Positions 33,695 through 44,132 of a stretch of 64,000 bases of DNA are shown piece by piece (position 1 is the stretch's first letter; each line of letters begins with the position of its first letter). The translations under genes and the position numbers were made by a program. The notes under the pieces are model-generated. The model was not told the origin of the DNA. It worked only from the letters and a program-made list of their open reading frames with translations, and made no database searches. The DNA is from an uncultured Planctomycetota bacterium (lineage in GTDB: Bacteria; Planctomycetota; Planctomycetia; Isosphaerales; Isosphaeraceae). The DNA lies in NCBI GenBank assembly GCA_963845755.1, contig CAWJTV010000034.1, positions 128,001 through 192,000 of the forward strand, read 5' to 3'.

Positions 33695-34084
33695 TCATGC
33701 GGGTATGTCGGCAAGCGACCACGAGAGGCGCTTACCGAGGGCAGCCGCGTAGGTCCGTAAGGTCACGATCGTCGGATTGGCGATTTTTCCGGTCTCAAGT
33801 TTGGAGATCGTCGCGCGGTCGATCCCAGTGCGTTCGGCCAGATCCGCAAGGCTGAGGCCCTGACGTTCGCGCTCTAGACGGAGCGTCGCCAAGGCGGTAG
33901 CCAGTTCCTCGTCGTGTGCGGTCGGCGGGTATTCGCGCCGGTACGCTTCGATATCACGATCTAGCCCTTCCTGGTACTCGGCAGTCTGGCGGTGCGCTCG
34001 CCGAGACTCAACCGCGGCCTGCTGCTCGGGAGTCAGATCGGCGTCGCTCAATCGTCTTCGCTCTCGCATCATCGTGGTCCTCAC
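33695..34084 (-). CDS. XRE-family HTH protein (putative antitoxin)
   Basis: RERQGLSLADLAERTGIDRATISKLETG..NPT; GTGA overlap with the upstream gene. Confidence 0.85.
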   Translation of the reverse strand: MRTTMMRERRRLSDADLTPEQQAAVESRRAHRQTAEYQEGLDRDIEAYRREYPPTAHDEELATALATLRLERERQGLSLADLAERTGIDRATISKLETGKIANPTIVTLRTYAAALGKRLSWSLADIPA

Positions 34085-34353
34085 GGCTCAATCTCGTAGG
34101 CGGTGACGGGGCGGATCACTACGATACCGGCATCCTTGTGCCGTTCGTAGACAACGATGATGGTCTTGCTCGTGGACGTCTCGCCGATCACGGCCGGTCT
34201 GCCTCTGCTGCGGCTCTGAACTCCACGACTCCGTGCGTCATCAAGGACATCCTCGACCTCGGTTTGGCTCAGCCCGTTGTCGGCGATATGTTTGGTATTA
34301 CACCGAGGGTCATCTTCGGCGTCCCACTCGATGTAATCGAATTCGATCGCCAC
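34081..34353 (-). CDS. BrnT-like/RelE-fold toxin
   Basis: EWD..D..NTKHIA.NGLSQ.EVEDVL, IGETSTSKTIIVVY, IRPVTAY. Confidence 0.65.
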   Translation of the reverse strand: MAIEFDYIEWDAEDDPRCNTKHIADNGLSQTEVEDVLDDARSRGVQSRSRGRPAVIGETSTSKTIIVVYERHKDAGIVVIRPVTAYEIEP

Positions 34354-34473
34354 ACAACCCACCGTTCAATTACTGCCTGTTGAATTTTAAGCAAACCAAA
34401 CGAATGCGTCAATGATTGGCGAACCGGAAAGCTACGTATTCAAAAAGTAGTCCGTTCACCCGGCCAGACCAGA

Positions 34474-35496
34474 TCAATCCGCTGCGCGAGCCATCGCCCT
34501 CCGAGCGATCGTATCGAGATCGACAATTCTCGCCCGACTCCCTGCCGTGCGCACCAATTCGCAGATCCGATCGATCGTCCGGAACGATGGGTCCACCACA
34601 CCCAGGCACGAGGGATGGGCCAGGAAGCTGAAGACGGCCCGGTGTTCGATGGCCCAGTTGACGCCGGCCTTGATCGCGTCGAGGAACGAGTCCAGCGGCC
34701 AGCGGCCGGTGCGAAACGCAGTCACGTCGCTGATCGGGCTCATTGGGACCTCGATCAGACCCGACGGGTATGCGAACGGCTGGGCCTGTCGCTGTGCCGC
34801 GATGATCCCGGCCAGGACGTTCTCATCCGGCGGTTTCCCGCCAGTCGGATCGATCGGATGCGCGGGATACTGGCTGCTGACCCAGGAATAGGCCATCTTC
34901 CGGAGCATCGCCTGGAGGTCGGGGCGGTCGGCCACGCCGTCGTGAAAACCCCCAGGCGTGCGGAACCCCGCCGGCGCGATCCCGAGCCGATGCTTGAAAG
35001 CCGATTCGGCCAGGCGGATGTTGGCCGCAATGACCTCCGAAGGCGATTTCCCTTCGATCAGCCAGGGCGCGCGCTTGAAGCGGAACTGGATATCCTCCGG
35101 GCGCCTGGCCTTGACATTGACATGATCATACGTGTGGTTGCCGACCGGATGACCCTGGGCGACGATCTCGCGGAGCCAGCCAACGTCTTCTTGCTCCATC
35201 GTCTGGCCGAGCGCGAAGAAGTGGATCATACCGCCGCGGGCCTTGACGTGCCGAGCAGCCTCGACCGCGTACCGTTTGCTGGCTGCGTCGAGGTTCCCCT
35301 TCTCGTAGTCCCAGTGGGTTTGTTCCCAGTTGGGGAAGTTCCGGCTCATCTCCAGGTCGAGCGTGATGGCGATGAGGGCCTTGTCGCGAGGGGGAGGAGC
35401 CTCGGCGGCAGCCTGTCGAGGAACGGTCAAACTGATCGCGGCACTCGAGGCGAGGAATGCTCGCCGAGTGGCAGGCCGTGAAGGAAGCGCGTTCAT
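34474..35496 (-). CDS. Polysaccharide deacetylase family protein with Tat signal
   Basis: TRRAFL twin-Arg; ITLDLE, GNHTYDH, FRTPGG, FLAHP. Confidence 0.82.
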   Translation of the reverse strand: MNALPSRPATRRAFLASSAAISLTVPRQAAAEAPPPRDKALIAITLDLEMSRNFPNWEQTHWDYEKGNLDAASKRYAVEAARHVKARGGMIHFFALGQTMEQEDVGWLREIVAQGHPVGNHTYDHVNVKARRPEDIQFRFKRAPWLIEGKSPSEVIAANIRLAESAFKHRLGIAPAGFRTPGGFHDGVADRPDLQAMLRKMAYSWVSSQYPAHPIDPTGGKPPDENVLAGIIAAQRQAQPFAYPSGLIEVPMSPISDVTAFRTGRWPLDSFLDAIKAGVNWAIEHRAVFSFLAHPSCLGVVDPSFRTIDRICELVRTAGSRARIVDLDTIARRAMARAAD

Positions 35497-35510
35497 CGAC
35501 GGTTCTCCCA

Positions 35511-36584
35511 TCAACGCCTATTCGAGACCGGCACGGGTCGCACCCACGAGACCTGGGTGATGAACAGGTCGAGCGCGGCGAAGCACACGGCCTGGTTGGT
35601 GGCGAACCGCGGCGTGGGCTGGGCCGGGAACGTGGCGATCGTGGCATCACCCACGAGGAAGACGTCGAAGTCCCGGGCCAGGTTCTTGTAGCCGGCCGTC
35701 GTCGAGCAGACGCACATGTCCGTGTTGTAGCCCGCCAGCAGGACATGGTGCACGCCCTGCTTCTTGAGGAAATCGCGGAGTGCCGCGTAGCCTTCCCCAT
35801 CGTAGATCACGACATCGCGGGGGGCGACCTCGATCGATTTCATCACCGGGATCGGCAGCTCCCAGAAGCCGCGTGGGTCATAGGTCGCGCCGGCGTCCAG
35901 GCCGGGGAACTGCTTGAAGTAATCGACGGTCGGCGTTTCCGAAGAGACGGACAGTGACGAAGGGAGCGCCGCGCCAGCATAGCGGAACGAATCGAGCCTC
36001 GCCTTGAGCTCGTGCCGGCCCTGTTCGCGGTCTCGATCGGTCGGCTGGCTACGAAACGATCGATAGAGCTTCTTCCGGATCGGGTCCTCGGTGCCGGGGA
36101 GGCTGTAGGCAACCAGGCCGACCTTGCCTCGCATCGCCTTCAGGAACGGATTGATGACCGTCGTTGCGTGATCGAGGACGATCCGGTTCTTGACAGGCGT
36201 GCACTGGAACGCGACACCCGCCGGCTCGGGAGTGCGCCAGCCCTGACCATCGTCGATTCCCCAGGGATGGACCACGATCACGGCCGTCCGGTCTGCCCGC
36301 AGCCGGTTCGGCACCTCGATGATCCCCCGGGCGTTATAGGAGAACCGCCAGGCGCGGACCTCGAGATCGGCATCGGGATCGTCGACCAGGACCGGGGCCT
36401 CGAACCGGGCGACTTCGCGGACGGGCTCGACAAACTGCGGGAAATCGTTGAGGATGGGCCGGGCATTCGCAATCGATTTCAGGGTGTTCTCATAAACGCG
36501 TGTGGATTTATCGCCGGCACGCGCGAGCCCGGTCAGGCTCAGCAAGACGGTCAGACAGACAATCTCCTGGTTCGGTTTGCTCAC
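35511..36584 (-). CDS. Isochorismatase-like cysteine hydrolase, secreted
   Basis: Signal peptide; TAVIVVHPW, VLLAGYNTDMCV, FLVGDAT. Confidence 0.7.
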   Translation of the reverse strand: MSKPNQEIVCLTVLLSLTGLARAGDKSTRVYENTLKSIANARPILNDFPQFVEPVREVARFEAPVLVDDPDADLEVRAWRFSYNARGIIEVPNRLRADRTAVIVVHPWGIDDGQGWRTPEPAGVAFQCTPVKNRIVLDHATTVINPFLKAMRGKVGLVAYSLPGTEDPIRKKLYRSFRSQPTDRDREQGRHELKARLDSFRYAGAALPSSLSVSSETPTVDYFKQFPGLDAGATYDPRGFWELPIPVMKSIEVAPRDVVIYDGEGYAALRDFLKKQGVHHVLLAGYNTDMCVCSTTAGYKNLARDFDVFLVGDATIATFPAQPTPRFATNQAVCFAALDLFITQVSWVRPVPVSNRR

Positions 36585-39560
36585 GGTTGATCCTTTCGCC
36601 CGCCGGAGGGCTCGTCCTGGAGAAAGCGGAACAAGTCGCGTATTTGTTCGGGAAGGATTTCCTTGTACAGCGATTCGGGCATCAACGACACGTCCGAGTC
36701 CTTCATCTCCTCGATCTCCGAGCGGGCCAGCCGGATACGCTGGCCCTTGGCATCGCGGAGTGTGAGCGCCTCGGGCGTCTGCTCGACGATCAACCCGGTG
36801 AAGAGCCGCCCGTCCCGGGTGGCGATGACGGATGCCTGGTATTCCTTGCGGACGACGCCGCTGGGATCGACGAGGCTGACGAGCAGGAAGTCGCGATCCT
36901 TGCGGTTGGCGAACGTCAGGTCGGGTCCGATCGTCTCGCCCTTACCATGGAGTCGGTGGCACGTACGCGCACTTCTCCTGGAACAATCGTCGCCCCCGTG
37001 CGGCATCACCGGGACTAGCACGCAGGTCATTGTTCAGGCGGCGGACCTCGGCGAGCCGCTCCTCTCTCGTGGCTCCACGGGTCAGGCCCCAGTGCTTGCG
37101 AACGAGCCCCGAGAGATCCGGGCTCTGAAGTACGGGGAATTGCCCGATTTGATCGAGAGTCATCTCGCCGACCGGGAGCCGACCGCGGTCGATCTCGTTG
37201 AGATAACGAAGCGCCCACGAAGCTCGGCTCAGGAGCAGCGCCCGCGCACGGGTGCGCCATTCCACCCCCAGATGAGGGTAGGCGACGAGCAGGGTCGAGG
37301 CGATGGAGTCGTCCTCGAATCGTCCCAATGCCCCGAGCGCCGCGGACCGGACGGAGGTGGATGCGGGTTCGACACCGGTCGCCAGGTACAGAAGGGGCGC
37401 GATCGATGGCCGGTCCTTCAGCTCACCCAGGATCTCGAGCATCGCCACGCGAACCGCCTCGTCCGCGAGGGGATTGGCGGCGAGAGCCCGTACGCGCTCG
37501 CGCGCCGGGTCGCTCCCCAACCGGGCGGCCAGGCGGCTGCAGGTCATGTCGGCCTGGTTCCGCTCGGCCAGAGCAGTAACGGCGCGCGCGAGGACCGATG
37601 CAACGCTTTCGGGGGTTCGCCCGCGCAGAGCCTCGTCAAGCACCGTGAGGAGTGGCGCGCGGGCAACGGCCGTCGGGGCCGAGCCCAGCAATCGCGTGCA
37701 CGACCCATCGCCCGCCGCGTTCCCCTCCAGGGCGTAACGCCGCATCAGCCGTGGGAGAATCTCAGAACGGATCATCACCGAACGCCAGGCCACCGGCGTT
37801 GCGAACACGGCGAGGACGTGTTCTCGATCGGCAGTCGCATGGTGCTCGACCGCCCACCACAGGAGGAGCGGAACGTAGGGATCGTTGCGGTCGCGCTCGC
37901 GGGAAAGGAGACGGAAGGCGAGGTCGATCCCGAGCCCGGCATCGAGCCGCCGGGCCGTGCTGGCGAGCTGGGCGCGGACCCTGACGTCCGTCTCGCGTGT
38001 GGCCATCGCGATCAGCCGGGCCCCGGCCCACGAAGCGACCGGCGACTCGTCGCCCAGCAGGCGGACGCACCAGGCCCGAACATCCGCGTCGGAGTGCTGA
38101 AGCAGCCGATCGGCGGTGGATTCATCGAGTCCCTGGCAGCCCTGGAGCGCCCACAAGGCTTCGAGCGCCGCCGGCCCACGACTCCCGATGACGGTCTGGC
38201 GCAGACGCTCGGCGACTCCACCGGCTTGCCGTTCGGCCAGGAGCCGACGGGCCTTCCGGCGATACCAGACATTCGAATGATCGAGCAAGTGAACCAGGTC
38301 GTTGTCCGTCAGGTGCTGCAGGTCAGCAGGCTCCGCGGGCCGGGCCCCCTGTGTGGTAATGACGAAGATCCGGCCGTTGGTCCGATCCCAATCGGCATCA
38401 GGATCGGGGTGAGCCGTCCGCCGGTCGTGCCAATCGGAAACGTAAAGGGCACCATCGGGACCGATCGTCAGGTCGGTCGGAGCAAACCAGGCGTCGTTAG
38501 CTCGCAAGACGTCGCCCACCTGCACGGCCTGAAACGTCGAACCGCGCCGCTGAACCTCATGCCCATGGATCGAGTGATCGAGCAGGTCCGCGGCGATGTA
38601 GCGACCGCGCCAGGATCGGGGCAGGGTCTCCGCGTCATAGAACCGCCCACCGACCGCCACGTGTCCACCCTGCACCCCAAAATGAGGCACATGGTCGAAG
38701 TAGCCGAACGTGTAAGGGTTGTGCAGGGGACCGTGCTTGCCGAACGACTTCCAGTAATAACCGCCCTGGACGCCGTGCAACATGACGAATCCGCCGACGT
38801 TCGTACTGGCGAAGAGCTGTCCGCGGCGATCGAAGTCGAGGCCCCACATGTTGCCTCCGCCCTCGCAGAACAGCTCGAATCGCCGGCTCCTGGGGTGATA
38901 GCGCCAGACCCCCTGCTGGAACTCGATGCCGCGGACCCTGGCCGTGACCGTGCTCCCTTGAAGGCCGTAGAGCCAGCCGTCGGGCCCCCAGGTCAAGGAG
39001 TTGGCCACCGAGTGCGCGTCTTCCATGCCGAAGCCGGACAGGAGCACTTCGGGATCCCCGTCGGGCCGGTCGTCGCGATCCCGGTCGGGATAAAAGAGGA
39101 GATACGGCACCTGGAGGACGTAGACCCCACCGTTGCCGAACGCCAGGCCGCTCGCCAGGTTGAGCCCGGCGATGAAGTCATGGGAACGATCGGCACGGCC
39201 GTCGCCATTGGCATCCTCCAGGATCGTGATCCGATCGGCACCCTTCGGCCCGCGGGGAGGCGGCTCGGGAACACGGTCGTAAGCCGTCCGCGAATAGCGA
39301 TCGACCTTCACCCGCTTCAGTTCGGCCGGATTTGGGTATTGCAGGTACTGGATGACCCAGAGCCGACCCCGGTCATCGAACTCGATCGCCACCGGTTGGC
39401 GGACCATGGGCTCGGCCGCGAAGAGGCGGACTTCCAGCCCCTCGGCGACCGTCATCCGCCCGGCCGCCTCTTCAGGAACGTACCCCTGGGCCGTGGCGGT
39501 CCGTATCGCGAGGCCGGCCGTTCCAAGCAGGAAAACCAGTGATGTCAGCGCTGGTTTCAT
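36581..39560 (-). CDS. PVC-type heme-binding CxxCH protein; frameshift inside the CxxCH codons near 36965
   Basis: FAAEPMVRQPVAIEFDDRGRLWV, WGPDGWLYG, GPDGALYVSDW; removing one T restores CATCH, then IGPDL and SLMPE. Confidence 0.85.
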
Positions 39561-39660
39561 GATACCTCGACTTCAGTCCGCAAGAATCGCCGTCTTCTCC
39601 AATCCCCCAATCCGGACTGGAAACCGGCCCTCCGGCTGGCCGACGCGAGCCGGAACTGTT

Positions 39661-41851
39661 TCATTTTAGACGCGGCACCAGCCAGACCGGCTGAGTGAAG
39701 GCCCCATTGCAAGCGACATCCCAGGCTTCGACGCGGACCCAGGTTCGTCCCCTCAGATCCAGAGGCAACCGGAGTTTTCGTTCCTCGAAGGCCCCCGTGT
39801 CGCTGCAATCGATCCGCTCGCGAAAGACGTGCGAGCCGTCGCCGGAAATGACCTCGACGAATGCCAGCGGAAACGTCCAGCGCAGGTCGACGCGGACCTC
39901 GCAACGATGCTCCGGGCCCACTGCCAGCTTGGACCCGCTCGGATTCCCATCCACCGTGAACTCGGTGATCAAGACCTCGCCTGTCGTCGTGAAGAATCGC
40001 CCCGCTCGCAGGGCATCGAGGATCGGCTGCCAGCCTTCATCGAACCGCGGAAGCCGGTCGGGCTCCAGGCGAACGTAGTTAATATTCATATGCCCGTAGA
40101 GCTCGTGCGTATGGTCGATCTTGAAGACGTCGGCCTCGCCGAGTAGCTGCTTCACCTGGCCCCAGTTGGCCATGTCGTCGAGCAGGTCGAGTGAGCGGCG
40201 GCCGAGACGATCGTGGGACAGGTCGGCGGGCATCGCCTTCCATGCGGCGCCCAACCAGTGGGCGGACTGGTAGAAACCTTCGTCGCGAAAGAGATCGGGC
40301 GTCCAGCTCGACCCCTTGATTCGCGGATGCGAGGTCCAGGCCAGGCCATGCTCGATTTCCAGCAGGTTTTGCAGGTCCGCGCCATCGCCGACATGATAGA
40401 CCCGCCCGTAAGGGGGCAGCTCCTCCAGGAACGGCTGGCCCTTGGCGCGCTTCATCGTCCAGTAGACCGGCATCGGGAACAGGTACAGCCAGTGACCGGG
40501 CTTGCGGCCCGCTTCGGAAAGGCCGAGAGGGATATTGGCCTCCTCGCCGGGAAGGAATAAGAGCTCGTCATCCGAGAGCCGCCGGCACTCGTCAAACATC
40601 GCCCGCACCTCGGCCAGACGGACCGGGCCGGGATCCTGGGGATGTCCGTCGCCGTGGAATTCGGCCAGGTGGACGATTCCCACGCCCATCTCCTTGAACA
40701 TCCCGACCAGGTCGGGCGTTCGACCTCGGGCCGCCCTTGGCTTTCTCGTTCATCGCCGCCACGGCCGTCGCCATATGCCAGTGGCTGGTCATCGTGCGAT
40801 AGCCCGGCAGTTTGGGAAATCGATCGCCATGGGTGAATCGAAGGGTCTCCTTCAGGGCGTCTTCCGCCGTGCCGCGGGAAAGGAGATAGAAGACCCCCAG
40901 GCGCTGGTCTGTGCCCGGCGGGGCGTTGAACCAGGGGACGAACGACCCGCCTCCCTTCTCGGACTGGCGAATCCCGAAGCCGAACCGATCGTCGAGGCCG
41001 CGGTGATCCTTGCCGTACCAGACCGTGCGGAGATTCTCCGTCAGGTCGCGCGGCGAGAAGAACTGGTGCGGCGGCGGGAAACATGCGATCGACCCGGAGG
41101 GCGTCTCCGCGATCAACACACGATGGCGGACGGCCAAATGACGATCCGTGGTGTCGGAGGCCGGCTCCTCGCGATGGAGGTTTCCTTCGGTGTCCACCCA
41201 GGCGAACTTGAGCAGTCTCTCCGGCTTGGAGAGCATCAGGCCTGTGTCATACAGGATCGCTCGTCGATCCTCCTGAGTATGAACGACCGCTTCGACGTGC
41301 AACAACGGGGCCAACGCATAAATCGTGAATCGCAACTCGCCGGAGAATGGCCCGACTTCAACCGCACTCACCGCCACCGTGGTTCGACGACCGTGACTGG
41401 TCACGCGGACCTGTTTCAGGTCGAGCCTCGACCGGTAAGTCTGAAACGGACGGTTGGCCGGCGAATCGAAGAAGACATTGAAGACGCTCATCTCCGGAGG
41501 CCGGCCGGCCGGAGCCTGGCGGGTGCCGACGAGCAGATACGTCGACGGATCCAGACTCTCCAGGACAGGGGACGCGGGATTCGCACCCGCGAAGATCCCC
41601 ATTGTCCGGATCAGCGGCCGGCCAGGCTGGAGGTCCAGCACCAGATGGCCCCGAGCATCATGGCCTGGTCCGGGCTCCGACGGCCACGAAAGCCGGAGCT
41701 GACCGTCCCGATGTTCAACGGAGACCTCGCTCTCGGTGCGATAACCTGAGAGGTTGACCGTCGGCTCGGCCGCGAGCAGGCTCGGAATGGTCGCGACCAT
41801 GAGGATAAGAACCATGCCGATCGCCTGGAATCGCGATGGAATCATGGACAC
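39661..41851 (-). CDS. Secreted protein with PHP-like (CehA/McbA-type) metallohydrolase domain; frameshift near 40720
   Basis: Signal peptide; SHWH, HLAEFHGDGH, PGEEAN, SHPRIKGS, LRAGRFFTTTG, AFTQPVW. Confidence 0.65.
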
Positions 41852-41864
41852 GCTCCTTCATCGA

Positions 41865-43198
41865 TTATCCGCGGATCATGCGGGCGAGGAATCGGGCGTC
41901 GCAATCGTGTATGTGGGGCCAGATGGCGAACGTACCGTTGGTCGAGCCCTCCCCGAGGGGATTCGGAAAGGGTTGCAGGTGGAAATCGGGATGCTTGGAA
42001 AGGAAGGTGTTGACGACGCCGGTGGTCTCGCACCGGGTCAGCGTGGCCACCGTGTAGATCAAGGTTCCGCCCGGCCGGACGCGGGTGGCGACCTTCGTGA
42101 GCGCCTCACCCTGACTCGCCGCGAACGGCGCGAGATCCTTCAGGCCAACGGTCCAGCGCGCATCGGGATGATGGCGCCAGGCGCCGACGGCCGAATTCGG
42201 AGGGTCGAAGATCACGCCATCATAGCTGGCGGCCTTTCCCACCGGATGGTGGCCGTCCCACACCTTGGTCGTGATGTTGCGAAACGCACTTCCCCGCAGG
42301 CGCAGCGCGGTCTGATGCCGCCGTCGCTCGGCCTCGAAGGTGCACAGGACGGACCCCTTACCTGCCATGAGCGCGGCGAGGTGCCAGCAATAGAGCCCGT
42401 TGTCGGCCTCGCCGCGGACGTCCCACCATCGCTCGCCGGGGTCCGGGTCGCAGGCCAGGCCGACGACTTGCGAGGCCAGATCCTGCTCGACCAGCCGCCC
42501 CGCTTGGATCGCTGCGATGCCCGACAGGTTGACATCCGGCGGCAGCTTGGCGGCGCCCGTCAACCGGCGATGAATCCAGGGCTTCCAGCCGGCGTCCCGG
42601 ACCTCGCCCCAGATGGCCCTCTCGTCCCCACCGCGCACTCCGACCCAAACCGGTGGCGGATTCTGTAATGCGGCCAGGAATCCGAGCCGGCGGGCCTTGG
42701 GCGTCTCGTCACCGGGCGGGATGGGGAGCTGGTCCCGGAGCCAGTCGGGGAACAGCCGCCAGGGGTCGGCGTTGGCGGGCCGGGCACCCAGCCAGCGTTT
42801 CAGGCCCTCGGCGCGGGCCGTCCAGTTCGGGGCATCGCCGACGGGCACGAGGCTGTCGACCGGCCGCCCGATTCGTTCGGCCCAGACCCGGGCGAAGGCG
42901 CCCAGATCGGAAGAATCGAGCAGCGAGGCCAGCAGGAGCTGTTCTTCCGGCCGGCGCAGGCGGAGCGGTTCGATCCAGCCCCACCATCGCAAGAGTGCGC
43001 GGAGACTCCGGGTGATCCCCGCGCGGTCCTTAGCGTTGCGGATCGATTCTCGTCCCTCGAGCGCCGCGGCCATGGCCGGGGCAAGCCGGAAGCGATCCTG
43101 GACGACCCGCGCAGGACCATTGGCGCGATCGTCGCGGCCAGCTCGGCGGCCGGTGCGACCGTGGGGCGGATCGTGGCTGAGCGACTGCGTCGTTTCAT
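41865..43198 (-). CDS. RsmB/NOL1/NOP2-fold protein with degenerate catalytic motifs; frameshift near 43110
   Basis: EQDLASQ.VG.ACDP.PGE.WWD, RHHPDARW, RPGGTLIY, WPH..DCD..FLA. Confidence 0.8.
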
Positions 43199-43242
43199 CG
43201 AGGACGCCTTGGGTTCCGGGACGATTTACGATGCGGCCGGTA

Positions 43243-43585
43243 TCAGACGTGCACTTCCTGGCCGGTCATCGGGTCTAACGCGGTGTCGTACAGGCAAGTT
43301 GCGATAGCGCTGGCCATCCGCAGAAAAATCAGTATATCCGGGGATCGCATCACGAGGAAGATGGTTGCCAGCCGCAAACTGCAGCAGGACGTGGCGAGTC
43401 CACGGGCTGGCGATTGCGTAAATTTCTCTGTAATTGATGTGCTCACATATTAATTTTACAATATCATTGAGATGATCGAGCGGACTGGCGACTCTCACCG
43501 CAGCCTGCGCGAACGGCTTCGGCAGCCGGGGCGGCTGCGAAGCAACGACCTGCGGGATCGGCTGGGACGATGGGTTTGGAGTCAT
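43243..43585 (-). pseudogene. Small ORF or remnant ending in a YgiQ C-terminal-like segment (frameshift at T5 run near 43326)
   Basis: GGGAGG RBS before ATG 43585; corrected end DFLRMASAIATCLYDTALDPMTGQEVHV aligns without gaps to YgiQ DFIPAPFDIATCMFHTGLDPFTGQEVYI. Confidence 0.5.
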
Positions 43586-43850
43586 GGTATCCTCCCATGG
43601 CGGGAGGAAGTTGGAAACTCGGAGAGTGCACATCAGCCCATACCAGATACCGCTCTCAATCAAGGAAAGAACGGCCCTGGGGTCCGCTACCTTCTTGACC
43701 GCCGCTTACAGGGCTGTTGCAATAACGCACACATTTGTTAGGCGTTGTGGGTTGTGCCGGTCGCCGGCAGGGCGAAAGCAATTGTTCGATCGCTCCTTGC
43801 GCTTTGGGAGCCTGTTCTGGGCATAAATACCTGGAGCCTCTCCAGCGGCT

Positions 43851-44085
43851 AACACTGTTCGCGAATTCACGGCAGGGCGGCCAGCCGCTATACGAAAAGG
43901 GCTTGTACTCCGACGCCCCCGTCTCGAGGTGCCTCCGTGTCCCTGAAGCCTGGCTCCATCCCTGACTTCCCCGCGCTGCCCCCCGCGCCGCCTTTTCCGA
44001 GGACAATCCCTACGTCCGGCTCCGTGACGAGCGCGGTCCCGTCTTCCGCGACGTTGACTTGGCCAAGTTCTCTCCCAGCGGCTAG
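43851..44085 (+). mobile_element. IS1182-family left end with truncated transposase remnant
   Basis: CTGTTCGCGAATTC end-like motif, then MSLKPGSIPD / RAAFSEDNPYVRLRDERGPVFRD, matching the IS1182 transposase N-terminus as I recall it; frameshifted and stops at 44085. Confidence 0.7.
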
Positions 44086-44132
44086 AGCCAAGACATGTGT
44101 CAACTTGGATGCAAACACCGAAGGAGACTCAG

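Noticed and set aside
36950..36980. Frameshift exactly within the CxxCH codons as a programmed heme on/off switch
   Set aside because: No slippery sequence or repeat tract, and similar single-base indels occur throughout the window, so sequencing error is more likely
36663..39542. 959-aa plus-strand ORF (also 46666..48543, 31901..33574, 20448..21851, 55591..57597)
   Set aside because: Antisense or alternate-frame shadows of well-supported genes; expected in high-GC DNA and lacking recognisable motifs
43720..43855. attC-like GTTAGGC and GCTAAC boxes
   Set aside because: Spacing and orientation do not form an attC hairpin; no integrase or cassette array
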